Below are positions 9,409-20,000 of a stretch of 20,000 nucleotides of DNA, in pieces (the stretch's first letter is position 1; the number at the start of each line of letters is the position of its first letter). The stretch is from Veleropilina oligotropha. Taxonomy: Eukaryota. A model generated the notes under the pieces. That model was not told where the DNA came from. It did not search any database and was given only the letters and a program-made list of their open reading frames with translations. Location: the NCBI GenBank assembly GCA_048128005.1, contig JBEUKZ010000038.1, positions 367,664 to 387,663 of the forward strand, given 5' to 3'. Made by a program: the position numbers and the translations under genes.

Positions 9409-12400
9409 TGGCCTTAAGAATTATACAATGGAACGTCAGAGGAGTCAGGGCTAACAAAGCCGAATTAGAATTATTAATCAACAGTTCAAAACCCGATGTA
9501 ATATGTCTACAGGAAACACTACTAACCAAATCCGCCAAATTCAGCCTACACGGATACACCACACTGCGTAAAGACTTTCCAAAGGGAAATAACACGCCAT
9601 CACGCGGATTAGCTATTTGCGTAAAAAATAATTTACAGTATCGCGAATTCAATTTAAACTTAGCTACACTCAATGGTAACAGTATACAAATATACTATGA
9701 AAACAAAACCCTCAGAATCATTAACCTATATCGGAATCAAGAACATAGCGCCCAACAACTAAAAGACGACTTAGATATTTTAACCGCTAATCATAACGAT
9801 AAAACCATTATAGTAGGAGACTTAAACTCACACAATCCCTTGTGGGGGAGCGACCGAACCACCCCACACGGCACAAATATAATAGATTTTGCAGCGGATA
9901 ATAGTTTCGTAATTTTAAACGACCCCCATTGCGGTACTAGATATAATCCGATTAATCAAACTCACTCAATGATCGATTTATCCATCGCGTCCGACACAAT
10001 TGCTCACAAATGTCACTGGTACGTCCATAACAACCTCATGGGAAGTGACCATTACCCGATTCTCACGGAAATAGACATAGCGCCTGATATAGAAAACGAT
10101 GAGCATGAACCTAAATGGAACTTTAGGAAAGCTGATTGGAAAAGTTTCCATGACGAATGTCTCAACATAAACAAAGACGAAATTTTCGATAACGATATAG
10201 AAACATTTAATGAAAATCTTGTTAACAGCATCATATTAATAGCGGATAAACATATTCCAAAAACGGACATAAGAAAGGACGACAAAATCCCAGTTCCGTG
10301 GTGGAACGATAAATGCAAACAAGCACTCAAAAACCGTAAAAAACTGCTCACTAGAAGTAGACGAACTCATAGCCCGGCAGACATAGAAGCTTACAAATCA
10401 GCCAAATCATCAGCTAGAAAAGTAATTAAAGAAGCAAAAAGAGATAACTGGCAAGAATATTGCACAACATTAAATGATAGATCAGATAGCAGAAAAGTTT
10501 GGAGCAAAATTCATAAAATTAATGGGAAGAAAACAAGTCACCGAATCCCAACACTAGGCCAAACCATACTAGCAAAAAGTAATAAACAGAAAGCAGAAAT
10601 GCTAGCCAAAAGTTACGCGCAAGTGAGCAGCACCCGTAACTACAACCGTCAATTTTTAGACCAAAAAGACGAGCGCGAAACCGCCTTCCGCAACGAACCG
10701 AAAGCATTAAACGACCCGACAAATCCCCTAAATTACCCATTTTCAATGACAGAGCTAACAGAAGCATTCGCCCATAAAAAGGGAACGTCAACTGGGCAGG
10801 ATAAAGTTAGTTACGAAATGTTCAAACACATGCCCGTAAATACGTTAGAACTAATTCTACTTCTTTTTAACGCCACTTGGGAAAAGGGAGAACTCCCGAA
10901 ACCATGGAAACGGGCCGAAATCATTCCCATATTGAAACCAAACAAAGACCCAAATGATCCAAAATCATATAGGCCGATATCATTAACATCTAACCTATGC
11001 AAAACACTAGAAATCATGATTAACAAAAGAATAGTGTATCATCTAGAGAAAAACAATTTAATTAACCCGAACCAAAGCGGTTTTAGGAAAAATAGACAGA
11101 CAACAGATCAATTGGTAAGATTGGAAAATGACATTAGAAAAGGATTCATCCAAAATAGAAAAACACTAGCAGTCTTCATTGATTTCGAAAAAGCATACGA
11201 CATGATTTGGCATGAAGGGCTCAAGGAAAAAATTAAAAACTTAGGTATTACAGGCAGGATGCTAAATTGGATAGGTAATTTTTTGGAAGATAGGAAAATA
11301 AATGTAAGAGTCGAAAACTCAAGATCGGAAGATTACGATCTAGAAAACGGTACGCCACAAGGTAGTGTAATCAGTCCAACTCTTTTCAACATAATGATTA
11401 ATGACTTAGATAAAACTCTGATAGAAAACAAAACGACAAAATCATCATTGTTTGCAGACGATAGCGCGATATGGAACTCGAATAAAAATGTTAAAAAACT
11501 AGAAGACAAAATGAACGAAAACCTTAAACTAATTCATAAATGGTCAAACGAATGGGGATTTAAAATATCCGAATCAAAAACGGTAGGAGTACTCTTTTCT
11601 AAAGGTAGACAGTACATTAAACCTACATTAATACTGAATAACAAGCAATTGAAAATTGAAGACCGAGCTACATTCCTAGGAATGACATTCGATCGTAAAT
11701 TAACTTGGCATGCCCACATTAACCAACTCATCAATAATTGCAATAAAATGCTCAACCTCATGAGATGCGTCTCTGGTAACGACTGGGGAGCAGATAGACA
11801 AACTTTATCACTTCTATATAAAGCCTTAATTATGTCGAGAATAGACTACGGCTGTCAGGCATACGGTTCAGCTAAACCACATCTTTTAAAGAAAATAGAG
11901 AAAATTCAAAACCAAGCCTTAAGAATAATTACAGGAGCATTCAAATCAACTCCAATAGCCAGTCTTGAAGTAGAAGCAAATATCAAACCCCTGGAACTAC
12001 GTAGGAAAGAAATGACGCTTAACTACTGGGCCAAAACTAAATCTCAAGTAGAAACCAATCCCGCGGCTAAATTAGACACTAACTGCAATGCATTCCAAAA
12101 AATAGAATACAATAAACGGTACGTAGATCGACCACCGTACGGATTGATAACACGAAGATACAATCAAGAACTAAAACTCGATAAATTAAGTATTGCTCAA
12201 AACAGACCTGCAGATAAACCGCCTTGGCAACATAACCCTGTTAAATCATCAATACAACTTAGTCACATGATAAAGAAGGACGAGCCAGCTCTAAATATAA
12301 AAGCCACGACTCAAGCTTTCATAGATGAAAAATGGAATGGATATTTAAAAGTTTTCACGGACGGGTCAAAGGACCCAGAAACGTCACAAACATCCGCAGC

Positions 12401-13217
12401 AGTGGTAATCCCAGAGTTAAAAGTAAATAAATCATTCAAACTATCAAACAACTTATCTGTGTATAGCACAGAACTGATAGCTATTGAAAAAGCATTGGAA
12501 ATAATCCACATAATTGAACCAACAAAAGTTGTAATCCTGTCAGACTCTCTAAGTGGACTCCAGTCTCTACAACCCTCAAAAAGTTCAACAAGACCAGATA
12601 TAATCAATAAAATCAAATCATTAAATGATTCCCTTTATGATAAAGGAATAGATATAAATCTTGAATGGATCCCAGCTCACGTAGGCATTTTAGGCAATGA
12701 AATGGCAGACACAGCAGCAAAAAAAGGAATGACAAACCCAGATTACACTCTAAATAATATCCCGCTTAGCCACAACGAAGTCAAAAGCATAGTCAGAACT
12801 CACATTAACAATGAGTGGCAAGATCGTTGGAATCACCATGATAAAGGCAGACATCTTTTTCAACTTAAAAATAAAATAGGCAAACCAATTAAGATGCAAA
12901 CTAGTAAACTTGAAAGCAAAACAATAACGCGCCTCCGACTCGGGCATTCAGGTCTACTAGCTCATAGATACAGAATTAAATCTTGTGAATCGCCAAAATG
13001 TCCCCATTGCGACTTTCCAGAAACAGTCGATCATTACCTGTTAGAATGTCCCGCACATATAAATGAAAGACAAAAGCTTAAAGATACGTTAAAAACAGCT
13101 AATATACTTGAAATTGACAAAAAAACACTTCTAGCACCACCAGAACCAGTAGCTACCTACACATATAGGGCATTAGCTAAATATATCAAAGACACCGGTT
13201 ACATAAACAAAATATAG
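9408..13217 (+). CDS. LINE ORF2: AP endonuclease + reverse transcriptase + RNase H + C-terminal CCHC
   Basis: 1269 aa uninterrupted. APE: QWNVRG, LQET, GDLNSH, SDHYPI. RT: YRPISLTS, QSGFR, DFEKAYD, GTPQGSVISP, FADD (11451-11462). RNase H: VFTDGSK (12351), TELIAI, SDS, WIPAHVGILGNEMAD. C-terminal CPHC...HYLLEC. Confidence 0.97.
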   Translation: MALRIIQWNVRGVRANKAELELLINSSKPDVICLQETLLTKSAKFSLHGYTTLRKDFPKGNNTPSRGLAICVKNNLQYREFNLNLATLNGNSIQIYYENKTLRIINLYRNQEHSAQQLKDDLDILTANHNDKTIIVGDLNSHNPLWGSDRTTPHGTNIIDFAADNSFVILNDPHCGTRYNPINQTHSMIDLSIASDTIAHKCHWYVHNNLMGSDHYPILTEIDIAPDIENDEHEPKWNFRKADWKSFHDECLNINKDEIFDNDIETFNENLVNSIILIADKHIPKTDIRKDDKIPVPWWNDKCKQALKNRKKLLTRSRRTHSPADIEAYKSAKSSARKVIKEAKRDNWQEYCTTLNDRSDSRKVWSKIHKINGKKTSHRIPTLGQTILAKSNKQKAEMLAKSYAQVSSTRNYNRQFLDQKDERETAFRNEPKALNDPTNPLNYPFSMTELTEAFAHKKGTSTGQDKVSYEMFKHMPVNTLELILLLFNATWEKGELPKPWKRAEIIPILKPNKDPNDPKSYRPISLTSNLCKTLEIMINKRIVYHLEKNNLINPNQSGFRKNRQTTDQLVRLENDIRKGFIQNRKTLAVFIDFEKAYDMIWHEGLKEKIKNLGITGRMLNWIGNFLEDRKINVRVENSRSEDYDLENGTPQGSVISPTLFNIMINDLDKTLIENKTTKSSLFADDSAIWNSNKNVKKLEDKMNENLKLIHKWSNEWGFKISESKTVGVLFSKGRQYIKPTLILNNKQLKIEDRATFLGMTFDRKLTWHAHINQLINNCNKMLNLMRCVSGNDWGADRQTLSLLYKALIMSRIDYGCQAYGSAKPHLLKKIEKIQNQALRIITGAFKSTPIASLEVEANIKPLELRRKEMTLNYWAKTKSQVETNPAAKLDTNCNAFQKIEYNKRYVDRPPYGLITRRYNQELKLDKLSIAQNRPADKPPWQHNPVKSSIQLSHMIKKDEPALNIKATTQAFIDEKWNGYLKVFTDGSKDPETSQTSAAVVIPELKVNKSFKLSNNLSVYSTELIAIEKALEIIHIIEPTKVVILSDSLSGLQSLQPSKSSTRPDIINKIKSLNDSLYDKGIDINLEWIPAHVGILGNEMADTAAKKGMTNPDYTLNNIPLSHNEVKSIVRTHINNEWQDRWNHHDKGRHLFQLKNKIGKPIKMQTSKLESKTITRLRLGHSGLLAHRYRIKSCESPKCPHCDFPETVDHYLLECPAHINERQKLKDTLKTANILEIDKKTLLAPPEPVATYTYRALAKYIKDTGYINKI

Positions 13218-13254
13218 ATAAGTGCGCCACCACTAGGCAATAAACTGGCAAAAG

Positions 13255-13324
13255 CAGGATCTTAATAATATAAGGAGAGGAATAGAGGGAGGTCAGTAAG
13301 CAAAACTACCTCAAACCAACACCA
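13255..13324 (+). repeat. 70 bp direct repeat in the 3'UTR (second copy 13740-13809; element 1 copy 7217-7286), each followed by A-rich sequence
   Basis: CAGGATCTTAATAATATAAGGAGAGG...CAAACCAACACCA, two mismatches between the copies. Confidence 0.9.
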
Positions 13325-13807
13325 ACCAAAAAAATATCTAACTAGTTAGACAACGAGTTGGTATGATTCTAGACAAACAACCGCGCGCGGTTTGTCTAAA
13401 GGCGGCAACTCGTCACCGCCAGTGATAATGAGTTGGTATGATTCTAGTGTTTCCTGCACTAAAGGCGGCAACTCATTTCCTGGCGGAATAGAAATTTGTT
13501 TTGTATGATTACGTTTGTCTAAAGGCGGCAACTCGTCACCGCCAGTGATAATGAGTTGGTATGATTCTAGTGTTTCCTGCACTAAGGGCGGCACCTCATT
13601 TCCTGGCGGAATAGAAATTTGTTTTGTATGATTACATAATCATTTATAATTTATATTGAAACATTCGCGTAAAAACAAACTATATCTCTACAACATCTAC
13701 ATACCTTACCAGCTTTTTTTTCGCCATTCCGAGGCTCCACAGGATCTTAATAATATAAGGAGAGGAATATAGGGAGGTCAGTCAGCAAAACTACCTCAAA
13801 CCAACAC

Positions 13808-13857
13808 CAAAAAAATACAAAACAAAAAAAAAAAAAAAAATAAAAAATAAAAAAAAA

Positions 13858-13893
<36 letters not shown>
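13808..13893 (+). repeat. Internal poly(A) tract in the element 2 3'UTR
   Basis: About 85 nt A-rich tract versus about 24 nt at 7286-7309 in element 1. Confidence 0.9.
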
Positions 13894-13896
<3 letters not shown>

Positions 13897-14464
13897 AAAA
13901 ATATTTCATATTTATATGTTTTTCACTTTTTCACCTCTTGCACTACACTATACATAACTCATACCCAACACACGAAACCAGGCATACTCATGGAGGATGG
14001 AGTATGCCTTGTTGCAACTTTCTTTTATCTTCTCAAATATCAAATAAAATACCGAAACAGCAAATAAAATACATCCACTGCATAACACTACACATCACTC
14101 ACTCATCCTCCAACTTAATTAACTTAATTAACTTATTTTTCAACATTTCGGAATTTTAATTCAGGCTATTACATTTTAATTTATTCTCTCGATTAAAGCC
14201 TTTTTTCAATTACATAGCATATTGATTAACTACATGTTGAAATGTTATGTAGACGCAATATATTGATATATTCAATATATATATATATATATATATATAA
14301 ATATATAACCTTTATTTTTATTTTATTTTTTTATTACTAGTAATATAACCGTTATAACTTACAAGTTACGGCAGTACGATCGATGATGATTAATGTTAAT
14401 GTCTGTCAACTTATCACTAAATAAATGCAGTAACTACTAAATTTATTTTCTATTATTTTTACAG

Positions 14465-14756
14465 TTTTTTTTTTTGGTGGCCCTGAATCGGTGCGTTGGT
14501 GAAAGGGGCCGTTGGATGCTGGACGGACGGTGTGTCTGGCCGCCGGGTCCGTGCGGGTTTCGGCCTTGTCTCTTCGGTGCGTGGACGGCGTCCGTGGCGG
14601 TGGCGGTCTTCCTCTTGGCGTGCTCGGTGTGGGTGGCGGCGTTGCGGATGACATTTTCTGGGAGCGTCGCGGATGACATTTTCTGGGAGCGTCGCGGGTC
14701 TCTTCGTGGGTGGGTCTGGAGATGCGCTCCGCCACGTTGGGCCAGACGGCGGATGG
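14465..14756 (-). pseudogene. Processed, A-to-G hypermutated antisense H4 fragment (element 2 copy)
   Basis: Same as 7881-8171 with two substitutions and one extra T. Confidence 0.92.
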
Positions 14757-14855
14757 GACATATACGACATCCATGGCGGAAAACAAATACAAAGAAGAAC
14801 GACAACTAGAAAGACAAGAGGTCGAAATCACGGAAAACGTGGAAGACCTCGTTAA

Positions 14856-15221
<366 letters not shown>

Positions 15222-16504
15222 ACTCACCGCTTTTCTAACGAAGTTCCAACGGCCCTTTTCAGGGCCACCAAATTCTTCCGAGAGAATACCCTAATTGTGC
15301 CAATTCGTATATCTTGTAGCATAAATTACATGTGCATCAATTAGGCTTTGCACACGCAAACGCGCATTACGCTTTTAACAGTAAATTGCATACAGACTCG
15401 TCAAATGATACGGAAATGCACTCGATTACACTAATTGTGCAGGGAACAATTGTTAGCTCAGCTATTGTTTTTTGTTTTAAATTCATTGAATTTAGTCATT
15501 TAAACAATACACTCGATTTTTGGTTTCCAAGTGATCAAATAAATAGCAATTAATCTACCCGAAACACACCACGAGTTATTTCCCTTGCACCGTTGGGCCA
15601 ACTGAACAAAGAACAAATTATGAAATCTAACGACGATCTTGATACTCCGGCGCACAACGCATTGCACGCGACAACACGATATAGCTATAGCGACTTCGAA
15701 TTGGGTGCACAATGTAAAAAAAATGATACTCACCATAAAAAACCTCAAATAGAAAAACAGTGGCGCGCTTTCTCACTCTCTCGAAATCTTCATCAACAGA
15801 AAAGAACGATGAATAAATATGGCAATAGAGCATTTATCAACAATGCCCCAACACTCTGGAACAAACTCACATCTAAAGTAAAGGAAAGTACAACTCTGGC
15901 AGGTTTTCGGAAGACATTGATTACACACCTATTTGCTGATGTATATGCCAACCTGATCACGTCTCACTAACAATTCGAATTAGCTGACATCGTAGTAGTG
16001 GATGACAGTAATGACTGGTTCACATTCGGTTATTGTTATTGCTTGCATCATATGTATCATTTAAAATTGGTTGAAGTTCATGCTAGTGGCTGCTTCACCT
16101 CTTTGTCTGATTGTGCTTGGGAAAACAAAATAATTTTATTGGGAATTATTGTATTCATGGTATCATTGATGTTTCCCCTACAGGTATATTCTCATGTACT
16201 GTAATATTAAATAATAAATAACAATAATAATTCAGGCAACGAATATTTGTAAAAAAAAATTAATATCAAGTTAAAAATCAATGTTGGGACTACTTCTAGC
16301 ACGTTAAACGCTTGCATCGTTGATACTTTCCTTATTTATTTACACCGGTTAAAATATTTTCTGCACCGCGCCACTAAATTGCCGGAAATGGATAGAAAAC
16401 TGAAACCATTTCGTCCAATGAAACTGATCGTCCAATGAGAGGCCTGGCTGTAATTGGCGCGAGATACGATTAAATAGGGACAGTTAGGAGTAAAGATGCA
16501 TTGA

Positions 16505-16948
<444 letters not shown>

Positions 16949-17948
16949 AGCTTAGGCGTCGCTCCATGCAAACCAACGGCCCTTTTCAGGGCCACCAACA
17001 TCCTCCGAAAGAATACCTTTGTTAACATCCCATACGTTCAAAACCGCCCGCATTTACTGACTTAAAAATTTACTTTGTAAGTAGTAAAATTCCATATTTT
17101 TGGTAGTAAAATTGAACAATAAATAGTTAATTTCACTATTTAAATAGTTTATATTAGGATACTACTTAAATTAGTGAATAATATTCACATATATGCTCTG
17201 TCCGTTCACGCATAAACGAAGTACTCTTACATTGCAGCATTGAATTCAAAATGAGATCCAATGCTCAATAATGAATATGCGTTTGATATGCAAAATGTCA
17301 CTTGCGTTGTGTGTGTGTGGGGGGGGGGGGGGGGGGGTGTTAATTGACAGGATGTTCGAATCGCGCCCGATTTCTTCAGTTTTCATTTATTCATTAGCGT
17401 CGACGCCTGTATTTTCATAATCTTAATATTACAATGGAAAATATATTAAAAAGTGGTCTCAAAATATATTATGTTACCAAATCATTTATTTGTCATCGCA
17501 TTTATACATACATCTGAAAATATTACACGTTCTGGAAGGATGTCTCAAGAAAATCTTTTGAGCCCGTTAGTCAAGACACCCCGAGAAGACGTGCAATAAA
17601 ATGTATGTAAAACCAAAACATAAATAAATTAAACAACAGTGGGTTTTATAAAGTGTGATAGATTGCTAGTTTCCTAAATTTGCATATTTACAATTAGTCT
17701 TGCATATCAGCATAATGTAGAAGAAATGTTGCTTTTAATGTGTTGTTGTATGGTATTTAAATTTCCTGTTTCTGTTGACAGTTTTTCTAGAATTATAATC
17801 GAAGATAATCGTTTGTTTGTTGTACAATGTGGTACATGAAATTTATCTTTAGTATGGATACGTTGTGGCACAACTAGGGTATTCTATCGGAAGATTTTGG
17901 TGGCCCTGAAAAGGGCCGTTGGTTACTTGGTCCGTAAAACCGAATCTG

Positions 17949-18326
17949 TTACTTGGCAGCCTTGGAGCTCTTCTTGGGTAGAAGCACCGCTTGGATGTTG
18001 GGTAGCACACCACCCTGGGCGATGGTTACTCCGGACAGCAGTCTGTTCAGCTCCTCGTCGTTGCGGATGGCCAGCTGGAGGTGACGGGGAATGATTCTCG
18101 TCTTCTTGTTGTCTCGGGCGGCGTTACCTGCCAACTCGAGGACTTCAGCGGCAAGATATTCCATCACAGCAGCCAGGTAGACTGGAGCCCCAGCGCCGAC
18201 ACGCTCGGCATAATGTCCTTTTCGGAGATGGCGGTGGATACGACCGACTGGAAATTGAAGTCCGGCACGGGATGAGCGAGTCTTGCTCTTTGACTTGGAT
18301 TTTCCTCCTTTGCCTCGTCCTGACAT
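17949..18326 (-). CDS. H2A: Histone H2A
   Basis: Identical to 4756-5133; stem-loop at 17902-17917. Confidence 0.99.
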   Translation of the reverse strand: MSGRGKGGKSKSKSKTRSSRAGLQFPVGRIHRHLRKGHYAERVGAGAPVYLAAVMEYLAAEVLELAGNAARDNKKTRIIPRHLQLAIRNDEELNRLLSGVTIAQGGVLPNIQAVLLPKKSSKAAK

Positions 18327-18436
18327 ATTTTCTTCTTATCCGTCCGTTTCGCAATTGAAATGAAGACAGTAATAGAAATAGCACGGCCACGCCGGTCTAT
18401 AATCGCTCGAAATGGATTGAAATTTCACGTATCAAA

Positions 18437-20000
18437 AAAATGGTCAACCAATCGCTGACAGGATTCCTCGTCCAATGAGAAACATGCATGCAGTTGGCGC
18501 GTACCGGCGTGAGATACGATTTAATATAACAGCCGCTAGGACCCCAGGACCATCACATCAATTCATCACAATCACTCAGCACACTCGCTCGCTGAAGATC
18601 AAACCGACAACACCTCCGGAATATATCGCGTTTCGAGACCGATTGCGTTTTACGTTACTCGCTCGCTGGCAACTAGATTGCCCATAACGTCGTATGTTAA
18701 TCCGAAGGAAAAGCGAAGATACATTGAAAAGTAAAGATAACAACAAACATGGGAGAGTTAAGTATATTTCTCCAATCGCTAGTTATAATTACAGGTGTTA
18801 TGCACAACCTAGCTAAAATCTCATATAATAAGATAGGGAACGAAATAAAAGCACTGATAGGCACCACTCGCGATATACGCACAACGCGCAACGGCAGCAT
18901 AATTGTTAAGTGCAGCACGAATGCACAATTCAGAGCGACCCAAGCTCTCAAAACATTTAACGGGGTCCCGGTGACCACTAGAACAGTTTCAGACAACACG
19001 AACATTTCAAAAGGCGTAATTAAACAAATAGGATTGCATATGTCGGATAACGAAATTCTTTATCAACTTCAAAAAGAAAACAAATTCATATCTGACGTAA
19101 GACGATTAGGGCTAAAGAATAAAACCCCGAGCCGAGCAGTCACTGTAAGTTTCCGCACTAACAATCTTCCGAAACTCGTTAATTTTTTCGGCATTCCGCA
19201 CGCCGTAGAAGGATACGTGCCCCCTCCCGTACGATGCTATAAGTGTCAACGATTTGGACACACATCGAAAGTGTGTAAAAGCACGATCGATGTGTGCTCA
19301 AAGTGCGGTGGGGGACACAGATACGAAAACTGCGACAAAACATACTCGAAATGTGCGAACTGCGCCGGTAATCACAGCGCCGGCTTCACCGGATGTCCCG
19401 CATATCGGGCAAAACAATCAACAAACAAACAAAGTATACCGAAAACTGAAACCGCAAAGAAATCTAACAACAAACACGAAACAATCGAACACACGACACC
19501 GCGCAAATCGTATGCCAACGCAGTTAGAACAAAGGTTCACACATGCCAGACTGAACATCAAACCGCCGCGACTAATCCGATCACACCTCATTCAGACGAC
19601 CCAACTGTAATTACTGAACCCCAACTCATACAAACAATAAAACCGGAAGAGTTCCGGTTCATAATACATTCGCTATTTGAAATAGTCCATAAGATGCTCG
19701 AAAATGAAAAGGTAACAAATGAATTAAGCAGTGAACCAGAACGAAAAGAGAGACGATTCACACTTTTAAACGAAGCAATAATTGAAACATTTGATGAACT
19801 GACCGAAAATACGCCGCCAACAAATATAGAACAAAAAACTCCAACACCGCCAAAACCACAACGGGAAAAAAGAATCGGGCGTAGATCGCAAACCGATTCC
19901 CCCCAAAAAACTGCAAAAGAAAAAAGTAATATTGAAAATCCGTCCCCAAAAACCGACCCAAAACGCGACGCAGTCAAAAATGTCGAAACACCAGAAATGG
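18437..20000 (+). mobile_element. Element 3: 5' end of a related but distinct LINE, starting within the H2A/H2B promoter (runs off window)
   Basis: Identity with the histone unit stops after ...CACGTATCAAA (18436); followed by a ~310 bp leader and an ORF1 homologous to that of element 2. Confidence 0.85.
18749..20000 (+). CDS. LINE ORF1 (gag-like) with apparently complete N-terminus, open to window end
   Basis: Manual translation: MGELSIFLQSLVIITG...SKGVIKQIGLHMSDNEI...VRRL...NFFGIPHAVEGYVPPPVRCYKCQRFGHTSKVC...CSKCGGGHRYENC...CANCAGNHSAGFTGC; no stop to 20000; upstream in-frame TGA at 18725. Absent from the ORF track because it has no stop in the window. Confidence 0.88.
   Translation, partial: MGELSIFLQSLVIITGVMHNLAKISYNKIGNEIKALIGTTRDIRTTRNGSIIVKCSTNAQFRATQALKTFNGVPVTTRTVSDNTNISKGVIKQIGLHMSDNEILYQLQKENKFISDVRRLGLKNKTPSRAVTVSFRTNNLPKLVNFFGIPHAVEGYVPPPVRCYKCQRFGHTSKVCKSTIDVCSKCGGGHRYENCDKTYSKCANCAGNHSAGFTGCPAYRAKQSTNKQSIPKTETAKKSNNKHETIEHTTPRKSYANAVRTKVHTCQTEHQTAATNPITPHSDDPTVITEPQLIQTIKPEEFRFIIHSLFEIVHKMLENEKVTNELSSEPERKERRFTLLNEAIIETFDELTENTPPTNIEQKTPTPPKPQREKRIGRRSQTDSPQKTAKEKSNIENPSPKTDPKRDAVKNVETPEM

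Overview
Eukaryotic (marine-invertebrate-like) tandem array of replication-dependent core histone genes. The unit is 5076 bp: H2A(-)/H2B(+) divergent pair, then H4(+) and H3(+), with no H1. Every complete gene ends in the canonical stem-loop plus a downstream element. The array is invaded by I-group-like non-LTR retrotransposons (gag-like 3xCCHC ORF1; APE-RT-RNaseH-CCHC ORF2). Two slightly diverged 5'-truncated copies sit head-to-tail at the same 13-14 bp site (GTTTTTTTGGGTC[A]) between the H4 TATA box and ATG, with three copies of the target site and (AAC)n tails. Their 3'UTR carries an antisense, oligo(A)-ended H4 mRNA fragment in which most A's are converted to G (ADAR-like hyper-editing signature). 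A related but distinct element begins in the H2A/H2B promoter at ~18437, and its 5' end resembles histone promoters. Together this suggests a histone-locus-specialised LINE system.
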